From an uncultured Actinomycetes bacterium (GTDB lineage: Bacteria > Actinomycetota > Thermoleophilia > UBA2241), in the NCBI GenBank assembly GCA_963725665.1, contig CAVRZA010000008.1:96001-160000 (forward strand): a DNA stretch of 64,000 nucleotides. Direction: 5' to 3'. The notes beneath the pieces are model-generated. The model had not been told where the DNA came from, made no database searches, and saw only the letters and a list, made by a program, of their open reading frames with translations. A program made the translations under genes and the position numbers. Of this stretch, positions 1 to 11,104 are shown one piece after another; the first letter of the stretch is position 1; the number at the start of each line of letters is the position of its first letter.

Positions 1-131
1 TTCGGGCGGCGCATCTACTGAGGCGACGGGGCGCGGCGCCGGGGGCGCGAAGGCCCCCGGCGCCGCGCCCCGTCGCCTTCTTGCCGTGCCGCGCTGGGGT
101 GTGTGCGGCGCTTTCGTCCTGCCGCGACCGC

Positions 132-178
132 TTGTCGGGCGTCCGGTCGTTGCGATACACTACGAACATACGTTCGTA
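132..178 (+). promoter_or_regulatory. sigma70-type promoter (TTGTCG-N18-TACACT) with LexA SOS box upstream of dinB
   Basis: CGAAC-ATAC-GTTCG at 163-176 (palindrome extends 161-178) matches the Gram-positive LexA box CGAAC-N4-GTTCG and lies just after the -10 TACACT (156-161). Confidence 0.85.
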
Positions 179-188
179 TTCTACTTCC

Positions 189-1397
189 ATGAGGGCCATC
201 ATCCACATCGACATGGACGCCTTCTTCGCCTCCGTCGAGCAGGCGCGGCGACCCGAGCTGCGCGGCCTGCCGGTGATCGTCGGCGGCCGGCCGGGCTCGC
301 GTGGCGTGGTGGCCACGGCCTCCTACGAGGCACGGGCGTGTGGGGTGCGCACGGCCATGCCCATAGCGCAGGCGCAGCGCCTCTGCCCTGAAGGGGTGTA
401 CCTGCCGGTCGACATGGCCGCCTACTCCGCCGTGCATCGCCGCCTGCAGGAGCTCTACGGACGCTTCACCGACCTGGTCGAGCCACTCTCCATCGACGAG
501 GCGTGCCTCGACGTGACCGGCAGCCGCCGCCTCTTCGGACCGCCGCAGACGATCGCCCGCCGCCTGCAGGAGCTGGTCCGCGACGAGCACGACCTCACCT
601 GCTCGCTCGGCATCGGCTCCACCAAGCTGCTGGCCAAGATCGCCTCCAACCTGAGCAAGCCCTGCGGCATCGGTGAACTGACCGACGACGACGTCGGCGG
701 CCGCCTGCGCGAGCTCTCGGTCGGCGAGCTCTGGGGCATCGGCCCGGCCACCGAGGAGCGGCTGCGCTCACTGGGGCTGGCGACGGTGGGCGCCCTGCAG
801 GACGTCCCCCTGTCCGTGCTGGCGGCCGCCTTCGGCAAGGGCGCGTACGGCCTCAAGCGGCTCGCTGTGGGGAGCGGCGGCTCCGCGGTACACGCCGGGC
901 ACGCGGGGCCCAAGTCGCTCGGCCACGAGGTGACGTTCGCAGAAGACGTCAACGACCCCGAGTTTCTGCGCGCGACGCTGCTCTCTCTCACCGACGCCAC
1001 CATGTCGGGCCTGCGCGCCAAGGGCTTCTCGGCGCGCACCGTCGCCCTCAAGGTGCGCTACAGCACCTTCCACACGCTGACCCGTCGCTGTACGTTGCCG
1101 GTGCCGGCGATGAGCACCCGTCCCGTCTACGAGGTGATCCTCGAGCTGCTCGCCGAGCTCGATCTGCGCGGACGCTGGGTACGCCTCCTCGGCGTCGCGG
1201 CGAGCAACCTGCACACCAAGGCGTTCCAGCTCACCTTCGACGACCACTGGAAGGAGATCGCTCTGAGCGACGCGGTCGACCAGGTGCGTGCCAAGTACGG
1301 CGCGCGCGCCTTGCGGCTGGCGGCCACCGACCTCGCTCCGCGAGGCTCTCCGGCGCCAGCCGCAGGCCCGCGCGCCGCCTCCACCGCCGTATGCTAG
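189..1397 (+). CDS. dinB: DNA polymerase IV (Y family)
   Basis: HIDMDAFFASVE, ASYEAR and SIDEA motifs; ATG 189 directly precedes the first motif; SOS box upstream. Confidence 0.95.
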   Translation: MRAIIHIDMDAFFASVEQARRPELRGLPVIVGGRPGSRGVVATASYEARACGVRTAMPIAQAQRLCPEGVYLPVDMAAYSAVHRRLQELYGRFTDLVEPLSIDEACLDVTGSRRLFGPPQTIARRLQELVRDEHDLTCSLGIGSTKLLAKIASNLSKPCGIGELTDDDVGGRLRELSVGELWGIGPATEERLRSLGLATVGALQDVPLSVLAAAFGKGAYGLKRLAVGSGGSAVHAGHAGPKSLGHEVTFAEDVNDPEFLRATLLSLTDATMSGLRAKGFSARTVALKVRYSTFHTLTRRCTLPVPAMSTRPVYEVILELLAELDLRGRWVRLLGVAASNLHTKAFQLTFDDHWKEIALSDAVDQVRAKYGARALRLAATDLAPRGSPAPAAGPRAASTAVC

Positions 1398-1527
1398 ACT
1401 TCACCATTTGCGGGCCCGCTCGCCGGCATCGCCGGCGGCCCCGCCATCTTAGGCTGTGCACCGACGCGGTCCTCCAGGCGGCAGTGCCGCGCCCGCCGGG
1501 GAGCCGTCCGACAAGGAGACAACGAGC

Positions 1528-3603
1528 ATGACAGACCCGGGCAAGATCAGGAACATCGCACTCGTCGGTCACCGAGGGACGGGCAAGACGGCGCTCTTCG
1601 AGGCCCTGCTCTACCGGGGCGGCGTCGTGAATCGTCTCGGCAAGGTCGAAGAGGGCACGACCGTGTCCGACTACGACGACGACGAGAAGCGGCGTCAGCT
1701 CAGCCTGCAGGGCACGCTGGCGCACGTCGAGCGCGGCGGCCTCACCCTCAACCTGATCGACACCCCCGGCGATCCCAGCTTCCAGGCCGACACGATCGCG
1801 GCGCTGCGCGTCGTCGAGACGGCCCTCATCACCGTCAACTCCGTGCCCGGTGTCGAGGTGCAGACCGAGCGTCTCTGGGGTCGCGCCGCCGAGCAGGGGC
1901 TGGCGAGGCTCTTCTTCTGCAACATGCTCGACCGCGAGCGCGCCGATCTGGCCGCTACGGTCGCGGCGCTACGCGCGGCCTTCGGCCAGCAAGTGGTGCC
2001 GGTGCAGCTGCCCATCGGCGCCGAGCACGAGTTCAAGGGAGTCGTCGACCTCCTCACGATGAAGGCGCACATGGTCGACGGTCAGAAGGCCCTCGTCGGC
2101 GATGTCCCGGCCGAGCTCGCCGACGCGGCGGCCGAGGCTCGCGCGACGCTCATCGAGGTGGTCGCCGAGACCAGCGACGAGCTGCTCGAGAAGTTCTTCG
2201 CCGACGAGGAGATCAGCGAAGCCGAGCTCAAGGTGGCCATGGCGGCGGCGATCGCCGGCGGCCAGCTGTTCCCGGCGGCCGCCGGCTCGGCGGTGCACCT
2301 CGTGGGCGTCGACCCGCTGCTCGATCTTCTCGGGGCGACCCCGGCGCCGACCGCCGTCGCCGGTACCGTCGTGAGCACCGCCGACGGCTCGGAGGCGCAG
2401 CTCGTCTGCGACCCGGCTAAGCCGGCGGCGGCGTTCGTCTTCAAGACGCTCGCCGACCCCTTTAGCGGACGCATCAACGTGTTCCGCGTCTTCCAGGGCA
2501 CCGTGAGCGGCGACAGCACCGCGGTAGTCATGCGCGACGCTCACAAGGAGCGGTTCGGACAGCTCCTCAAGCCACAGGGCAAGGAGAACAAGCCGGTCGA
2601 GAAGCTGGTCGCGGGCGACATCGGGGCCGTGGCGAAGCTCAAAGACGTCGTCACCGGCGACTCGCTCTGCGCTGAGGGCGAGCTTGTCACCTTCCCCGCT
2701 ATCAGCTTCCCGGCGCCTCTCATGTCGTTCGCCGTGAGCGCCAAGAGCAAGGGCGACGAAGACAAGGTGATCGCCGCCCTGCGCCGTCTCGCCGAAGAAG
2801 ATCCCATGATGGAGCTCCATCGCGACGAGCAGACCGGCGAGACGATCGTCGGTGGCATGAGCCAGGTGCACGTTGAAGTGATCGTCGAACGCGTCAAGCG
2901 ACGTTTCGGCGTCGAGGTCGACCTCAAGCCGCCGCGCGTGCCCTACCGCGAGACGGTCAAGATGAGCGCCAAGGCCCAGGGGCGGCACAAGAAGCAGACG
3001 GGCGGCCGCGGACAGTTCGGCGACACGTGGGTCGAGCTGCAGCCGATGGGGCGCGGCGAGGGTTTCGAGTTCGTCGACAAGATCGTCGGCGGGGTCATCC
3101 CGCGCAACTACATACCCGCGGTCGAGAAGGGCATCGTCGAGGCCATGCGCGACGGTTACCTGGCCGGCTACCCCGTGGTCGACGTGCGCGTCATCCTTTA
3201 CGACGGCTCGCACCACCCGGTCGACTCGTCGGAGATGGCGTTCAAGATCGCCGGGTCGATCGGCTTCAAGAACGCCATCGAGAAGGCGCAGCCGGTGTTG
3301 CTCGAGCCCATCATGACCGTCGAGGTCACGGTGCCCGAGGAGAACGTCGGCGACATCATCGGCGACCTCAACTCCCGCCGCGGCAGGGTCCTGGGCATGA
3401 ACCCGCGCGGCACCTACAGCGTGGTCGCCGCCGAAGTGCCGCTGGCCGAGATGCTCACCTACGCGCCCGACCTCACGTCGATGACCGGCGGGCGCGGCGA
3501 CTACTCGATGGAGTTCCTGCGCTACGAAGAAGTGCCGGCGCACCTGGCGCAGAAGATCATCGACGCGGCCAAGAAAGAGAAAGAAGCCGCCCAGAAGGGC
3601 TAG
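1528..3603 (+). CDS. Elongation factor G-like protein (EF-G2 type paralog)
   Basis: Full EF-G architecture (KKQTGGRGQFG, DGSHHPVDSSEMAF, LLEPIM) with deviant G motifs GHRGTGKT, DTPGD, NMLD; AAGGAG before ATG 1528; not in the str operon. Confidence 0.9.
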   Translation: MTDPGKIRNIALVGHRGTGKTALFEALLYRGGVVNRLGKVEEGTTVSDYDDDEKRRQLSLQGTLAHVERGGLTLNLIDTPGDPSFQADTIAALRVVETALITVNSVPGVEVQTERLWGRAAEQGLARLFFCNMLDRERADLAATVAALRAAFGQQVVPVQLPIGAEHEFKGVVDLLTMKAHMVDGQKALVGDVPAELADAAAEARATLIEVVAETSDELLEKFFADEEISEAELKVAMAAAIAGGQLFPAAAGSAVHLVGVDPLLDLLGATPAPTAVAGTVVSTADGSEAQLVCDPAKPAAAFVFKTLADPFSGRINVFRVFQGTVSGDSTAVVMRDAHKERFGQLLKPQGKENKPVEKLVAGDIGAVAKLKDVVTGDSLCAEGELVTFPAISFPAPLMSFAVSAKSKGDEDKVIAALRRLAEEDPMMELHRDEQTGETIVGGMSQVHVEVIVERVKRRFGVEVDLKPPRVPYRETVKMSAKAQGRHKKQTGGRGQFGDTWVELQPMGRGEGFEFVDKIVGGVIPRNYIPAVEKGIVEAMRDGYLAGYPVVDVRVILYDGSHHPVDSSEMAFKIAGSIGFKNAIEKAQPVLLEPIMTVEVTVPEENVGDIIGDLNSRRGRVLGMNPRGTYSVVAAEVPLAEMLTYAPDLTSMTGGRGDYSMEFLRYEEVPAHLAQKIIDAAKKEKEAAQKG

Positions 3604-3719
3604 GCGGGTCGCGGCTCGCCGCCGCTCCCACTCCTCGCGCCGGCGGGTGTTTGGTCCTGCAAATCGGCGCAGAATGATACGCTACGCGAGCACAGGCAGA
3701 GTCGGGAGGTGACTTCCTG

Positions 3720-4469
3720 ATGTCCGGACACTCGAAGTGGTCGACGATCAAGCACAAGAAGGGCAAGGAAGACGCCAAGCGAGGCCAGCTCTTCTCGAAG
3801 CTGGCGCGCGCCATCATGGTGGCGGCGCGCGAGGGTGGAGCCGACGTCGGCTCGAACACGGCTCTGGCGGCCGCCATCGAGAAGGCGCGCAGCTACAGCA
3901 TGCCCAAAGACAACATCGACCGCGCGATACAGCGCGGCTCCGGTGAGGGCGGCGGTGATGCGTTCGAGCGCATCACCTACGAAGGTTACGGTCCCGCCGG
4001 GGTGGCGATCATCGTCGAGGTGCTCACCGACAACCGCAACCGTTCCGCCTCAAGCGTGCGCAGCGTCTTCACCAAGCACAACGGCGCCCTGGGGCAGCCC
4101 GGCTCGGTGGCGTGGATCTTCGAGCGTCGCGGCTCTGTCGTGGTCGACGCCGGCAAGTACACCGAGGACGACGTCATGGCGGCGGCCATCGAGGGCGGCG
4201 CCGACGACGTGGTGCGCGACGGCGAGACCTTCCAGGTGCTCTGCGAGCCGAGCGAGCTCTCTGTAGTGCGCGAGGCCATCGAGCAAGCCGGGATTGAGTA
4301 CGAGCAGGCCGAGCTGACGCTGCAGCCCAAGTCGACCGTGCAGCTCGACGAGGCTGAGGCGCGCAAGACGCTGCGCCTCGTCGACGCGCTCGAGGACATC
4401 GACGACGTCCAGGACGTCTACGCCAACTTCGACATCCCCGAAGAGGTGCTCGAGGCGGTCGCGGGCTAG
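3720..4469 (+). CDS. yebC: YebC/PmpR family protein
   Basis: MSGHSKWSTIKHKK start, YEGYGP and TDNRNR motifs; usual position before ruvC. Confidence 0.95.
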   Translation: MSGHSKWSTIKHKKGKEDAKRGQLFSKLARAIMVAAREGGADVGSNTALAAAIEKARSYSMPKDNIDRAIQRGSGEGGGDAFERITYEGYGPAGVAIIVEVLTDNRNRSASSVRSVFTKHNGALGQPGSVAWIFERRGSVVVDAGKYTEDDVMAAAIEGGADDVVRDGETFQVLCEPSELSVVREAIEQAGIEYEQAELTLQPKSTVQLDEAEARKTLRLVDALEDIDDVQDVYANFDIPEEVLEAVAG

Positions 4470-4525
4470 CCTCGCGGCTCGTCTGTGAGGCGCCGGCCGG
4501 ATGTGAGCAGCGAAAGGGGAACAGG

Positions 4526-5020
4526 GTGATCGTGCTGGGGATCGATCCGGGCACGGCCAGCACTGGGTGGGGTGCGGTCGAGCAGGAAGGCAACCGGTTG
4601 CGCTCGGTGGGGCACGGGTGCATCGTCACCTCCGCCAAGGCCGAGACCCATCTGCGTCTGCGCCAGATTTACGACGAGAGCCTGGCGCTGCTCGAGCGCT
4701 TCGCGCCCGACGCCGTGGCGATTGAGGAGCTCTTCGTCAACGTCAACGTGAAGACCGCGCTGGCTGTGGGGCACGCGCGCGGGGTGATCATCCTGGCCGC
4801 CTCGCGGCACGACATCTCGCCGGCCGAGTACACGCCCCTGGCCATCAAGCAGGCCGTCACCGGGTACGGCAGGGCGAGCAAGGTGCAGGTGCAGGAGATG
4901 ACCAAGGTGCTCCTGGGACTGCCCAAGATCCCGCAGCCCGACCACGCCGCCGACGCCCTGGCGGTCGCCATCTGCCATTTGCACACGTCGAAGCTGCTGG
5001 CGGGGGTGCCGCGCCCGTGA
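4526..5020 (+). CDS. ruvC: Holliday junction resolvase RuvC
   Basis: LGIDPG, AIEELF, DHAADALAVAICH. Confidence 0.95.
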   Translation: MIVLGIDPGTASTGWGAVEQEGNRLRSVGHGCIVTSAKAETHLRLRQIYDESLALLERFAPDAVAIEELFVNVNVKTALAVGHARGVIILAASRHDISPAEYTPLAIKQAVTGYGRASKVQVQEMTKVLLGLPKIPQPDHAADALAVAICHLHTSKLLAGVPRP

Positions 5021-5658
5021 TCGCGTCGCTGCGCGGCACGGTCTTGAGCGTTGAGGCCGACCGAGCGATCGTCGAGACCGGCGGGGTCGGTTTCGCTGTG
5101 CAGGCGCCGGCTACGCTCCTCGCGCGGCTCTCACGCGACATAGACTCCGAAGTGTTCGTGTACACCTACCTGCACGTGCGCGACGACGCGCTGCAGCTCT
5201 TCGGCTTCGCCTCATCGCGCGAACGGGAGTTCTTCCTCACCCTGATCGGCATCAGCGGGGTCGGTCCCAAGGTCGGTCTGGCCATCCTCTCGGCCTATCC
5301 GATCGACCAGCTCGAGACCGCCGTCATGCGCGACGACACGCGCAAGTTCGAGGCTATCCCGGGCATCGGCAAGAAGCTCGCCCAGCGGCTCATGATCGAG
5401 CTCAAAGACAAGGTGGGACCCGACCTCTCTGAGGTCGGCGTGAGCGCTGGCGGCCTCGCCGGCGGCGAGGCCGCCAGCGCGTTCGTCCTCGCGCGGCGAG
5501 CGCTCGAGAACCTGGGCCTGACGCTGCGCGAGGCCGAAGAAGCCCTCAAGGGCGCGCCCGAGGAGGCGCCGCTCGAGGAGCTTGTGCGCTACGCGCTCAA
5601 GCGCAAGCCGGCGCCGGCGCCGGGTGCGCCTCCCGCCTCGGAGCCGTCCGATGACTGA
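5017..5658 (+). CDS. ruvA: Holliday junction branch migration protein RuvA
   Basis: MIASLRG start, HhH motifs SGVGPK and IPGIGKK; lies between ruvC and ruvB. Confidence 0.95.
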   Translation: MIASLRGTVLSVEADRAIVETGGVGFAVQAPATLLARLSRDIDSEVFVYTYLHVRDDALQLFGFASSREREFFLTLIGISGVGPKVGLAILSAYPIDQLETAVMRDDTRKFEAIPGIGKKLAQRLMIELKDKVGPDLSEVGVSAGGLAGGEAASAFVLARRALENLGLTLREAEEALKGAPEEAPLEELVRYALKRKPAPAPGAPPASEPSDD

Positions 5659-6685
5659 GTACCGACCGCGTATCGCCGATCCCAAGGAGTCCGCCGACGA
5701 CCGCGATGTCGAGCTGTCGCTGCGGCCGCGTCGCTTCGTCGACTTCGTCGGGCAGCACAACGTCAAGGAGCAGCTCGAGATCTTCGTGCAGGCGGCCAAG
5801 AACCGCGGCGAGACGCTCGATCACGTGCTGCTCGCCGGGCCTCCCGGCTTGGGCAAGACGACGCTCGCGGGCATCATCGCCACCGAGCTCGAGGTGAGCG
5901 TGCACACGACCTCTGGGCCGGCGCTGGAGCGCAAGGTCGACGTCGCCGGCATCCTCACCAACCTGCAGCCCGGCGACGTGCTCTTCGTCGACGAGATCCA
6001 CCGTCTCAACGCCGCCGTCGAGGAGGTCCTCTACCCGGCCATGGAGGACTTCGAGATCGACATCATGATCGGCGAGGGCCCCGCGGCGCGCAGCATCCGC
6101 ATGTCGGTGCCGTCGTTCACGCTGATCGGGGCCACGACACGGACCGGTCTGTTGACGACGCCGCTGCGCGACCGCTTCGGGGTGTGGCAGCGGCTGGAGT
6201 ACTACGACGAGGACGAGCTGGCCACCATCGTGCGGCGCTCCGCCGGCATCCTCGGGGTGAGCATCGACGGTGAGTCGGCTGAGGCCATCGCCGCCCGGGC
6301 ACGCGGCACGCCGCGCGTCGCCAACCGCCTGCTGCGCCGTGTGCGCGACTACGCCGAGGTGCGCCACGAAGGTGACATCGACGCCGAGATCTGCCTGAAG
6401 GCGCTGCAGCTCTTCCAGGTCGACGGCGAGGGGCTCGACAAGCTCGACCGCGACATCCTGCAGGCGATCTGCACCAAGTTCGACGGCGGGCCGGTGGGCC
6501 TCGATACCCTGGCGGTCGCGCTCGGCGAAGAGGCTGACACCCTCATGGACGTCTACGAGCCCTACCTCATCATGCGCGGCTTTCTCAAGCGCACGCCGCG
6601 GGGCCGCGTGCTGACCAAGAGCGGGTTCAGGCACTGCGGCGTCGAGCCGCCGGCGAGCACCGTCGGCGAGACGCTCTTCGACTGA
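5651..6685 (+). CDS. ruvB: Holliday junction branch migration ATPase RuvB
   Basis: [34 protein letters not shown] motifs; ATG 5651 overlaps the end of ruvA. Confidence 0.96.
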   Translation: MTEYRPRIADPKESADDRDVELSLRPRRFVDFVGQHNVKEQLEIFVQAAKNRGETLDHVLLAGPPGLGKTTLAGIIATELEVSVHTTSGPALERKVDVAGILTNLQPGDVLFVDEIHRLNAAVEEVLYPAMEDFEIDIMIGEGPAARSIRMSVPSFTLIGATTRTGLLTTPLRDRFGVWQRLEYYDEDELATIVRRSAGILGVSIDGESAEAIAARARGTPRVANRLLRRVRDYAEVRHEGDIDAEICLKALQLFQVDGEGLDKLDRDILQAICTKFDGGPVGLDTLAVALGEEADTLMDVYEPYLIMRGFLKRTPRGRVLTKSGFRHCGVEPPASTVGETLFD

Positions 6686-6788
6686 TCCGGGCGGTGGGCT
6701 GCGGTGGCACCCAGGAGTGCGCCGCGTTGCGAGGGCGCCGAGCCAGGCGGCCCGGCGTCCCTGAGTGAGGCGCGCGTATAATCGAGGC

Positions 6789-7385
6789 ATGGACGGCCTC
6801 CTGCTTCACGCGTGCTGCGGGCCCTGCAGCACGGTCTCGGTGCCGGCTTGGCGGTGCACCGGTCTCGAGCCCACGTTGCTGTTCGTGAACCCCAACATCC
6901 ACCCGGCGACCGAGCTCGCGCGACGTCTCGAGTCGCTCGAGCGTTTCGCCGAGGTCGCGGGGGTCGGGCTCGTGGCCGACGCGAGCCTCGGCCCGGCCGA
7001 CTGGCTGGCGGCGCTTGGGGCAGGGAACGAGGACGTCGCCGCCGTGGCCGCCGACGACGAGGTGCGCTGCGCCGCCTGCCTGCGGCTGCGCTTGCGCGCA
7101 ACGGCGCGGCAGGCGGCGCAGCGTGGGCTGCCCCGTTTCTCGACCACACTCACGGTGAGCCCGCACCAGCGACACGACCTGATCGAGAGGGCCGGGGACG
7201 AAGCGGCCGCGGAGTGGGGCGTCGAGTTCCTCTACCGCGACCTGCGTCCGCACTTCCGCCGCAGCTACGACGAGAGCCGTCGCCTCGGTCTCTACCGCCA
7301 GCGCTACTGCGGCTGTGCGGTGAGCAAGTGGCGCGCCTGGGAGTCACGCCGCGCCCGCCGCGACGCCGCGGCGCGGGCGAGCTAG
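6789..7385 (+). CDS. queH: Epoxyqueuosine reductase QueH (DUF208)
   Basis: LLHACCGPCS, NPNIHP, RCxxC..RL, TTL, YRQRYCGC; adjacent to queA/tgt; TATAAT 6 nt upstream. Confidence 0.88.
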   Translation: MDGLLLHACCGPCSTVSVPAWRCTGLEPTLLFVNPNIHPATELARRLESLERFAEVAGVGLVADASLGPADWLAALGAGNEDVAAVAADDEVRCAACLRLRLRATARQAAQRGLPRFSTTLTVSPHQRHDLIERAGDEAAAEWGVEFLYRDLRPHFRRSYDESRRLGLYRQRYCGCAVSKWRAWESRRARRDAAARAS

Positions 7386-7386
7386 C

Positions 7387-7475
7387 GTGACGCTCTTCGC
7401 CGTCGGCGCCCCCGTCGGCGTCATGGTCGCCGTTAGCGTGCTGCTGACGGTGCTGCTCAACCTGCTGCCGCGCGG

Positions 7476-7479
<4 letters not shown>
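7387..7479 (+). CDS. 30-aa hydrophobic peptide resembling the C-terminal helix of DUF2905 (YrzS-like)
   Basis: GTG...TGA ORF MTLFAVGAPVGVMVAVSVLLTVLLNLLPRG fills the queH-queA gap and overlaps the queA start (ATGA). Confidence 0.5.
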
Positions 7480-9732
<2,253 letters not shown>

Positions 9733-9738
9733 GCACTT

Positions 9739-10209
9739 ATGGGAGGCGGCGGCGCCATCATCTTCGTCTACATCATCTTGTTCGTGGGTGTGTTCTACTT
9801 CCTCGCCGTGCGGCCGCAGCGCCGCCAGCGCCGGGCGCACCAGGAGATGCTGACCATGCTCAAGAAGGGCGACGAGATCGTCACCATCGGGGGCATGTTC
9901 GGCACCATCAAGGAGCTGCGCGAGGACTACGTGGTCCTCGAGATAGCCAACCGTGTGAAGGTGAAGTACCTCAAGCGCGCCATCTCCCAGATCGTGAGCG
10001 AGGAAGAAGAAGAGGACTACGAGGAGTACGAGGAGTACGAGGAGGAAGCCGAGGAGGAACCCGAGGAGCTCGAAGCGGCCGACGAAGAGGCGGATGACGA
10101 GCCCCTCGATGAGGCGGGCGACGAAGCCGAGGAGGACACCGGCGAGACCGAGGCCGAGGAACCTACACCTCCCGAGGCTCCCGAGGCACCCAAAGCGCCC
10201 AAGACCTGA
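9739..10209 (+). CDS. yajC: Preprotein translocase subunit YajC with acidic C-terminal tail
   Basis: N-terminal TM helix, RPQRRQ, LKKGDEIVTIGGMFGTI; follows tgt. Confidence 0.9.
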   Translation: MGGGGAIIFVYIILFVGVFYFLAVRPQRRQRRAHQEMLTMLKKGDEIVTIGGMFGTIKELREDYVVLEIANRVKVKYLKRAISQIVSEEEEEDYEEYEEYEEEAEEEPEELEAADEEADDEPLDEAGDEAEEDTGETEAEEPTPPEAPEAPKAPKT

Positions 10210-10227
10210 GATCGGCGGCGGCGCGTC

Positions 10228-10274
10228 GGAGCGCGCGGGAGGGCGGCTCGTCGAGCCGCCCTCCCGCGCGCTCC
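10228..10274. terminator. Perfect 23-bp inverted repeat (1-nt spacer) after yajC; probable terminator hairpin without U-tail
   Basis: GGAGCGCGCGGGAGGGCGGCTCG-T-CGAGCCGCCCTCCCGCGCGCTCC. Confidence 0.55.
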
Positions 10275-10345
10275 AGCCATGCAGGGTTTCGCCTGCGGCG
10301 CCAGAAAATAGTGCGGAACACCCGCGATCCAAGGAGCTGGGGCCA

Positions 10346-11104
10346 ATGGCTCACGTGCTTGCGTTCGCCAACCAGAAGGGCGGCGTAGCCAAGACGACCT
10401 CGACCCTGAACCTGGGCGTAGCGCTCAGGGAGCGCGGCCTGCGCGTGCTGGGCGTCGACATGGACCCGCAGGGCAACCTGACGATGAGCCAGGGGATCGA
10501 CCCAGAGACGCTCGACAAGAGCATGTACGACGTACTCGTGCACCACACGCCGATCGAGGACGTGATCGTGGAGCGCGAGATCGACATCGCCACGTCGACG
10601 ATCGACCTCGCCGGGGCCGAGATGGCCCTCTCGACGATGATCGGCCGGGAACGCACCCTCGAGCGCGCCCTCTCCCACGTCAAACGGCGCTACGACTACA
10701 TCCTCATCGATACCCCGCCCTCGCTCGGACTTCTGACTATCAACGCGCTCACCGCCTCTGAGGGTGTCATCGTGCCGGTGCAGTGCGAGTACCTGTCCCT
10801 GCGTGGTCTGCTCCAGCTCGAGCACACGCTGCGCATGATCCGCGACAACCTCAACCCCAAGGTGCGCATCAAGGGCATCCTGCCGACGCTGCTCGATGCG
10901 CGTACGCTGCACGGCAAGGAGGCCGTGGAAGTGCTGCGCGAGAACTACGGGTCCCTCGTCTTCAACACGACGGTACGCAAGACGATCAAGTTCGCCGAGG
11001 CGCCGGTGAAGGGCTCGTCGGTGCTGAGATACGACCCCAAGAGCGCTGCCGCGGAGGCCTACCGGGCCCTTGCCGGGGAGGTATTGAATGGGAAGTCGCG
11101 CTAG
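10346..11104 (+). CDS. ParA/Soj family ATPase (orphan, no adjacent parB)
   Basis: NQKGGVAKTT deviant Walker A, DMDPQGNLT, IDTPPSLG, PVQCEY, AEAP; AAGGAG before ATG 10346. Confidence 0.93.
   Translation: MAHVLAFANQKGGVAKTTSTLNLGVALRERGLRVLGVDMDPQGNLTMSQGIDPETLDKSMYDVLVHHTPIEDVIVEREIDIATSTIDLAGAEMALSTMIGRERTLERALSHVKRRYDYILIDTPPSLGLLTINALTASEGVIVPVQCEYLSLRGLLQLEHTLRMIRDNLNPKVRIKGILPTLLDARTLHGKEAVEVLRENYGSLVFNTTVRKTIKFAEAPVKGSSVLRYDPKSAAAEAYRALAGEVLNGKSR

Noticed and set aside
10094-10345. N-terminal extensions of ParA, RuvB, FakA, the kinase and the 37524 ORF as given in the ORF track
   Set aside because: They overlap upstream genes; downstream starts with an RBS or coupled stop/start fit the family N-termini.
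10210-10345. parS site near parA
   Set aside because: No match to TGTTTCACGTGAAACA was seen.
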